This document shows, one piece after another, positions 58,710 to 64,000 of a stretch of 64,000 bases of DNA. The translations under genes and the position numbers were made by a program. Source of the DNA: Candidatus Bipolaricaulia bacterium (GTDB taxonomy: Bacteria; Bipolaricaulota; Bipolaricaulia; RBG-16-55-9); assembly GCA_042219045.1 (NCBI GenBank), contig JBDGQO010000049.1, positions 1 through 64,000 on the forward strand, written 5' to 3'. Below the pieces are notes generated by a model. The model did no database searches and had not been told where the DNA came from. It was given only the letters and a program-made list of their open reading frames with translations. Each line of letters starts with the position of its first letter. The stretch's first letter is position 1.

Positions 58710-59918
58710 ATGAAACCCGCACACGAGCAGCTGGCGATCATCAAACAGCGGGCCGTGGAGATCATCCCCGAAGACGATCTCCACCAGAAGTTGGACCGTG
58801 CCGTCGAGACGGACGAGCCCCTGCGCGTCAAGCTGGGCGTTGACCCGACCGCTCCCAACATCCACGTCGGCATCGGCGTCGTCCTGGAAAAACTGCGGGA
58901 CTTCCAAGATCTCGGCCACACGGCGGTGCTGATCGTGGGCGACTTCACCGCCCGCATTGGCGACCCGTCCGGCCGCGACACGACGCGCCCCATTCTGACG
59001 TTCAACGAGATCCAGCGGAACATGGAGACCTACAAGGAACAGGCCTTCGGGATCCTCGATCCCGACAAGACCGAAATTCATTACAACTCGAAGTGGCTGG
59101 AGCCGATGTCGTTTGAGGACATCATGGAGCTTACGTCCAAGTACACGGTCGCGCGAATGCTGGAGCGGGACGACTTCCACAAGCGCTACCAGGAGGGGCA
59201 GTCGATCACGCTGTTGGAGTTTCTGTATCCGCTGGCGCAGGCGTACGACTCGGTGGCGATTGACGCCGACGTCGAGCTGGGCGGGACGGATCAGCGCTTC
59301 AATTTGCTCGTCGGGCGTGAAATCCAAGAGCGCTACGATCAGGATGCCCAGGTGGCGATGCTGATGCCGCTGTTGGAAGGGACCGACGGCGTCAAGAAGA
59401 TGAGCAAGTCCCACGGCAACACGGTCGGCATTACCGAGAATGCGGACGAGATCTACGGCAAGCTGATGTCGATCCCCGATGACATGTTGGAGCGCTACAC
59501 GACGCTGTTGACCGATATGGATTATCAGGCCCTCAAGGACGAACATCCCATGCAACAGAAGAAGCGGCTCGCCCACGCCGTCGTCTCCAAGTACCATCCG
59601 AAAGCCGACGCGGACCATGCGGCCGAGGAGTTCGAACGTGTCTTCGGGCAGGGCGAGCGCCCGGATGACGTCCCTCAAGTGACGCTCGACGCGGACGCTC
59701 TCGAAGGGAATCGCCGGGTCTGGATCGTCGAGCTGATGGATCGGGCGGGCTTGGTGGACAGCCGGTCCGAAGCCCGTCGGCTTGTGCAGCAGGGAGCCGT
59801 CGAGTACGACGGCGAACGGATCACGGACGCGGACGCGCACATCGAGCTGAATCCGAAAGGCCTTCTGAAAGTCGGCAAGCGCCGCTTTGCGGAGATCCAC
59901 GTGGAAGGATCGGCCTAG
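58710..59918 (+). CDS. tyrS: Tyrosine--tRNA ligase
   Basis: GVDPTA, GDPSG, QAYD, GGTDQRFN, KMSKS, C-terminal S4 domain. Confidence 0.95.
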   Translation: MKPAHEQLAIIKQRAVEIIPEDDLHQKLDRAVETDEPLRVKLGVDPTAPNIHVGIGVVLEKLRDFQDLGHTAVLIVGDFTARIGDPSGRDTTRPILTFNEIQRNMETYKEQAFGILDPDKTEIHYNSKWLEPMSFEDIMELTSKYTVARMLERDDFHKRYQEGQSITLLEFLYPLAQAYDSVAIDADVELGGTDQRFNLLVGREIQERYDQDAQVAMLMPLLEGTDGVKKMSKSHGNTVGITENADEIYGKLMSIPDDMLERYTTLLTDMDYQALKDEHPMQQKKRLAHAVVSKYHPKADADHAAEEFERVFGQGERPDDVPQVTLDADALEGNRRVWIVELMDRAGLVDSRSEARRLVQQGAVEYDGERITDADAHIELNPKGLLKVGKRRFAEIHVEGSA

Positions 59919-59919
59919 C

Positions 59920-60342
59920 ATGAGCGACTGCATCTTCTGCGCGATTGCCCGAAACGACCAACAGGCACACACGATCTTTCAGGACGAGCACAGCGTGGCG
60001 TTTCTCGACCTGCATCCTGTTAAAGACGGGCACACCTTGGTGATTCCCAGGGCCCACTACGAGCGCCTCGAGGACGTGCCATCCGACGAGATCGGGCCCT
60101 TCATGGCCGCCGTCCAGCGTGCCACCCAAGCCGTGCAGGCGGCCATGGATGCCCCCGCGGCGACGGTCGGGATCCACAACGGATCGGAGGCCGGGCAAGC
60201 CGTACCGCACCTCCACCTGCACGTCATCCCGCGCCATCCCGGCGACGGCGGCGGCACGCTGCACAGCGTCGTCCGCGGCAAGGTCGAGGAGAACCTCGAC
60301 GCCGTCCGGGATCGGCTCGCTCGGTCGATCGATGCCGTGTGA
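59920..60342 (+). CDS. HIT-family nucleotide hydrolase
   Basis: DCIFC, GHTLVIP, GQAVPHLHLHVIPR. Confidence 0.92.
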   Translation: MSDCIFCAIARNDQQAHTIFQDEHSVAFLDLHPVKDGHTLVIPRAHYERLEDVPSDEIGPFMAAVQRATQAVQAAMDAPAATVGIHNGSEAGQAVPHLHLHVIPRHPGDGGGTLHSVVRGKVEENLDAVRDRLARSIDAV

Positions 60343-60508
60343 ACGCTCGCTAGGCGTGAAGCGCGTGACTGTCGGCGGACTGCGTTCGGGGCTTATCGTC
60401 AATCGGTTCCATCACAAGGGGGCGAACAGTGGGGCGAACAATCAAGCGGGCTCGATTGCTCGGCCCCCTCACAGTTTTTAAGATGGCCTATCTTTAGGGA
60501 GGGATTCG

Positions 60509-61405
60509 ATGCTCAAATGGATTCTGATCGTCGGCCTCGCGCTCCTAGCGATCCTTGGCTTTGTGCTAGTGCAGGGACCGCTGTTGACGGGGCCGTCGCC
60601 GGCGCCCTCCGACTCGCCGGCGGAGCAGACGCAAGAGGGTCAGGAGTCGGAGTCGTCCGAATCGGCCGAACCGTCCGATGGTGGCAATCAGCAGAAGGCG
60701 CAACCGGAACCGAGCCAAGAGGCCAAGGACATCATGCAGCAGGCACGGGAGGCCCAGGGCGGCCTGAGCGCGCTACAGGACCTCAACGGCTATCATCTCC
60801 AGGCCAGCAGCACGGCCACGCAACGCGGTCAGACGCTGTCGTTGCAGACCGAGACCTGGGTCAAGCTGCCGAGCCAGTTCCGTCAGAACACGCAAGTCAG
60901 CATCCAGGGCCAGACGATCAACAGCCTCACGGTCTGGGACGGCCAGAACGGCTGGGTGCGGCAGCAAGGGCAGGTCCAACAGCTGCAAGGCAACCAGATC
61001 GGGTCGATCCAGCAGAACCTCTATCTCGATCCGCTCCACGTCGTCTTGTTCGCGGCCCGTGATGATTTCACCTACACCTATCAAGGGACGGAGACTACTA
61101 ACGGGACCAAGGCCCATGTAATGAAGATCAAGACGCCGCAGGATCAGACCGTGACGTATTACTTCGACGCGGAAAGCTTCCTCCCGATCCAGCGGACGCG
61201 GTCCGCCCAGGGAAGCACGGTGCGGACGGTCTTCACCGACTACCAGCGCGTGGACGGCTACGCGTTCCCGTTTACGCAAAAGACGTACCTGAACGGCGAT
61301 TTGGCCCAAGAACAGACCGTGGAGAACGTCGAGGTCAACCCGAGCTTTGACCCGGAACTCTTCCAGAAGCCGCAGACGAACAGCAACCAACAGTCCGGTC
61401 AGTAA
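60509..61405 (+). CDS. Membrane-anchored Gln/Thr-rich protein, LolA-like fold suspected
   Basis: N-terminal TM, VWDGQNGW, YYFDAESFLP, DYQRVDGYAFP, VNPSFDPELF. Confidence 0.65.
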   Translation: MLKWILIVGLALLAILGFVLVQGPLLTGPSPAPSDSPAEQTQEGQESESSESAEPSDGGNQQKAQPEPSQEAKDIMQQAREAQGGLSALQDLNGYHLQASSTATQRGQTLSLQTETWVKLPSQFRQNTQVSIQGQTINSLTVWDGQNGWVRQQGQVQQLQGNQIGSIQQNLYLDPLHVVLFAARDDFTYTYQGTETTNGTKAHVMKIKTPQDQTVTYYFDAESFLPIQRTRSAQGSTVRTVFTDYQRVDGYAFPFTQKTYLNGDLAQEQTVENVEVNPSFDPELFQKPQTNSNQQSGQ

Positions 61406-61453
61406 ACGAGGCTTGCTGCTTCCCGTTTAGCTGTTATCGACCGAGATCGAACG

Positions 61454-61480
61454 GAGCCCTCGGACCCGGTCCGAGGGCTC
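61454..61480. terminator. Inverted repeat between convergent genes; probable terminator
   Basis: GAGCCCTCGGACC-C-GGTCCGAGGGCTC. Confidence 0.65.
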
Positions 61481-61532
61481 TGCTCATGACGCGTGATCCG
61501 CTCGACGTCCGTCGCGTTGAGCCTCATTCCAT

Positions 61533-63278
61533 TTAGCCGCCGACGGCCCGCCAGAGCTCGTTCAGTTCGGTCTGAACGCGCTCGAGCACGCCGGCTTCGG
61601 CGACGATCTCGGCCTCGTCGGCGTCGCGGCGTTTCAGCTCCACACCGCCCTTATCCAGCGCTCGCTGACCGATGGTGATTCGCAGCGGGATGCCGATGAG
61701 ATCGGCATCGGTGAACTTGACGCCGGGGCTCTCTAGGCGGTCGTCGTACAGCACGTCGAGGCCAATCGATTGGAGCGCGTCGTAGAGGCGGTCGCCCGTC
61801 CGGACGACTTCCTCGCCGTCTTTGGGGAGCGTCACCAGATGGATATCGTAGGGCGCCACGCTGATGGGCCAGACGAGCCCATCGTCGTCACGGTGCTCCT
61901 CGGCGACGCTGGCGAGCGTCCGCTCGAGCCCGATTCCGTAGGACCCCATGATGATGGGATGGCTGTTGCCCGACTCGTCGACGAAGTTGCAGTCGGTCGC
62001 CTTGCTGTAGCGGGTCCCCAATTGAAAAATGTTGCCCACCTCGATGCCGCGCGAGCTGTCCATCGTTGCCTCGCACTCGGGGCAGGCGTCGCCCGCTTGG
62101 GCGGCCGCGATGTCGGTCACGAGATCCGGCTTGAAGTCGCGACCGATGTTGACGTTCATCAGATGGTACTCGGCCTCGTTGGCGCCGGTGACGACGTTCG
62201 GCATCTCAGCCAAGGCGTCGTCGACCACCACGTGGACGCCGTCGAGCCCCATTGGCGAGCCGAACCCGGGTTCGGCCCCGGTTGAGCGGATTTCGGCATC
62301 CGTGGCCGGGCGCAGATCGACCGCGCCCACGGCGTCGGTCAACTTCGTCTCGTTGACCTCCATGTCCCCGCGGACGAGCGCGAGGATCAGTGACTCCGAG
62401 CTCTCCCCGTCATCCGAGGGCGCGATAGCGGTTAAGAAGAGCACTTTGGCCGCTTTGGAAGCCGGAATGTCGAGCTGCTCGCACAGGCCCTGAATCGTCT
62501 TCGCGCCCGGCGTCTCGACCCTGGTGATCTCGCCCGGTTCCTCATCATGGGGCGCGGGCTTGGCGAAGCGCGCAAGCTGCTGGTTGGCCGCGTAACCGCA
62601 CTCGCGGCAGAACACGATCGTGTCCTCGCCCACGGGGGTGAGATACATGAACTCATGGGCCCGCTTGCCGCCCATCATCCCGACGTCGGATTCGACGGCC
62701 ATCACGGGCAGCCCACATCTGTGGAAAATGCGGAAGTAGGCATCGTAATGCCGATCGTATTGCTCGCTCAGCCCCTCCCAGTCGGTGTCGAGGCTGTAGC
62801 TGTCCTTCATGGTGAACTCGCGCACGCGGACCAGGCCGCCGCGGGGCCGCGGATCGTCGCGCCACTTGGTCTGGATGTGATAGATCAAGCGCGGCAGCTG
62901 GCGATAGGAGTTGACCTCGCCCTTGACGAGGTCGACGACGCTCTCCTCGTGCGTCATCGCCAGGACCATATCGCGCTCGTTCCGATCCTTGAAGCGCGTC
63001 ATTTCCGGGCCGATCTCGTCCCAACGGCCCGTCTCCAGCCAGATCCGCGACGGATGGATCACGGGCATGCGCAGCTCCTGGCCGTCGATGGCGTCGATCT
63101 CCTCGCGAATGATCCGGGCGATTTTCGCGTGCGATCGCCATCCGAACGGCAACAGCGAGTAGATGCCCGTGGACAAGGGCCGAATGAACCCCGCGCGGAT
63201 CAACAGCTTGTGGCTGTCCAGTTGCGCGTCGGCGGGCACCTCGCGACGCGTGGTTCCGAACGACTGGCTCATGCGCAT
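61533..63278 (-). CDS. proS: Proline--tRNA ligase, bacterial type with insertion (editing) domain
   Basis: MRMSQ, LIRAGFI, THEE, RPRGGLVRVREFTMKDSYS, EVGNIFQLG, GSYGIG. Confidence 0.96.
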   Translation of the reverse strand: MRMSQSFGTTRREVPADAQLDSHKLLIRAGFIRPLSTGIYSLLPFGWRSHAKIARIIREEIDAIDGQELRMPVIHPSRIWLETGRWDEIGPEMTRFKDRNERDMVLAMTHEESVVDLVKGEVNSYRQLPRLIYHIQTKWRDDPRPRGGLVRVREFTMKDSYSLDTDWEGLSEQYDRHYDAYFRIFHRCGLPVMAVESDVGMMGGKRAHEFMYLTPVGEDTIVFCRECGYAANQQLARFAKPAPHDEEPGEITRVETPGAKTIQGLCEQLDIPASKAAKVLFLTAIAPSDDGESSESLILALVRGDMEVNETKLTDAVGAVDLRPATDAEIRSTGAEPGFGSPMGLDGVHVVVDDALAEMPNVVTGANEAEYHLMNVNIGRDFKPDLVTDIAAAQAGDACPECEATMDSSRGIEVGNIFQLGTRYSKATDCNFVDESGNSHPIIMGSYGIGLERTLASVAEEHRDDDGLVWPISVAPYDIHLVTLPKDGEEVVRTGDRLYDALQSIGLDVLYDDRLESPGVKFTDADLIGIPLRITIGQRALDKGGVELKRRDADEAEIVAEAGVLERVQTELNELWRAVGG

Positions 63279-63353
63279 GGGGAAACCTCCTCCAATTGCG
63301 TCAGAATGACCATTTCAGGATCAATGCACACGGCGAAAGCGGTGGAACGGTCG

Positions 63354-63428
63354 TCAGCTTCCCACATGGGGAGGCGGCGGGTCAAACGGAGGGGCTGCCG
63401 GACGGGCTCGATCGACCGTGTTCCTCAT
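63354..63428 (-). other. Candidate Pro-rich leader peptide MRNTVDRARPAAPPFDPPPPHVGS upstream of proS
   Basis: Translated by hand: 24 codons, 7 Pro including CCG-CCG-CCT-CCC; stop lies 75 nt before the proS ATG. Confidence 0.55.
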
Positions 63429-63598
63429 CGGCCACCATGGGCCGTTTCCGTGCTGAGCATGCCCCCTACCTTACGATCGCAGATCCGCGTCGGCCAGCGT
63501 GCCATTCGCTCGGGATTGCGAGGACCATTGATGCGCACGTCTCGAGCGGATAGAGTTCGTCATTGAATCGACATTGACGTTGGCACAAAGGAGGCCCG

Positions 63599-63970
63599 AT
63601 GCCGTTCTGCCCCGAGTGTGAGGCCGAATACGTGGAAGGCATTGAGGAATGCGTGGATTGCCAGACCGCTCTCGTGGATGAGCTCCCATCTAAGAATCCC
63701 AGCGACGTGGCCGAGTCCGCCTCGGACGACAACGCCTTCGTCACGGTGTTCGAAGGCGGCAACGCATTCGACATCCACATGGCGAAAGGACTGCTGGTGT
63801 CGAGCGGGTTCCACGTCGAGCTGCTGGGCGGGGATAACCCGTTGAACCCGACACCGACGGGCATTCAAGTCCGCAAGGATGAGGCCGAAGAGGCGAGGGA
63901 ACTGCTCGAGAACCCTGGTGATCTGGACGACGAGCACTCCGACGAGTTCTCGAAAGATTTCAACGATTGA
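63599..63970 (+). CDS. Zinc-ribbon plus DUF2007-like protein
   Basis: FCPEC..EY..CVDC..LV, then MAKGLL..G..IQVRKDEAEEARELL; SD AAGGAGG. Confidence 0.8.
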   Translation: MPFCPECEAEYVEGIEECVDCQTALVDELPSKNPSDVAESASDDNAFVTVFEGGNAFDIHMAKGLLVSSGFHVELLGGDNPLNPTPTGIQVRKDEAEEARELLENPGDLDDEHSDEFSKDFND

Positions 63971-64000
63971 AGGGTTCCGAGGGCTGTGCTCCCCAACCTT

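Noticed and set aside
60419..60440. Direct repeat GGGGCGAACA twice
   Set aside because: Too short and too few copies to assign a function.
63337..63352. AAGCGGTGGAACGG resembling a T-box antiterminator near proS
   Set aside because: It is on the + strand while proS is on the - strand; no stem I or terminator is recognisable.

Overview
GC-rich bacterial chromosome segment; many proteins look D/E-rich, so a halophile is inferred. In order: (1) the 3' end of a type-1-like BREX locus (pglX fragment, pglZ, brxL); (2) a ~16-kb amino-acid catabolism cluster with an aminotransferase, a Glu/Leu/Phe/Val dehydrogenase and three 2-oxoacid oxidoreductases, each paired with a GltD-like FAD/NAD(P) module (two as fusions); (3) a BTAD-ATPase-TPR regulator, tdh and transport genes; (4) a metal-uptake region (Fur/Zur, ZnuABC-like ABC transporter, His-rich peptide, P19-like protein, Tat-exported DyP-like protein, Mn-type transporter) carrying two inverted copies of an 89-bp TA-flanked MITE-like element and a stand-alone proteasome-beta-like gene; (5) a caa3-like cytochrome c oxidase operon with a duplicated cytochrome c domain; (6) LonC-like and S8 proteases, an archaeal-type GAPDH-like gene, gyrA, tyrS and proS. 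An unannotated 24-codon Pro-rich uORF lies directly upstream of proS. I saw no rRNA, tRNA or CRISPR array. All family calls come from motif recognition by eye, not from database searches.
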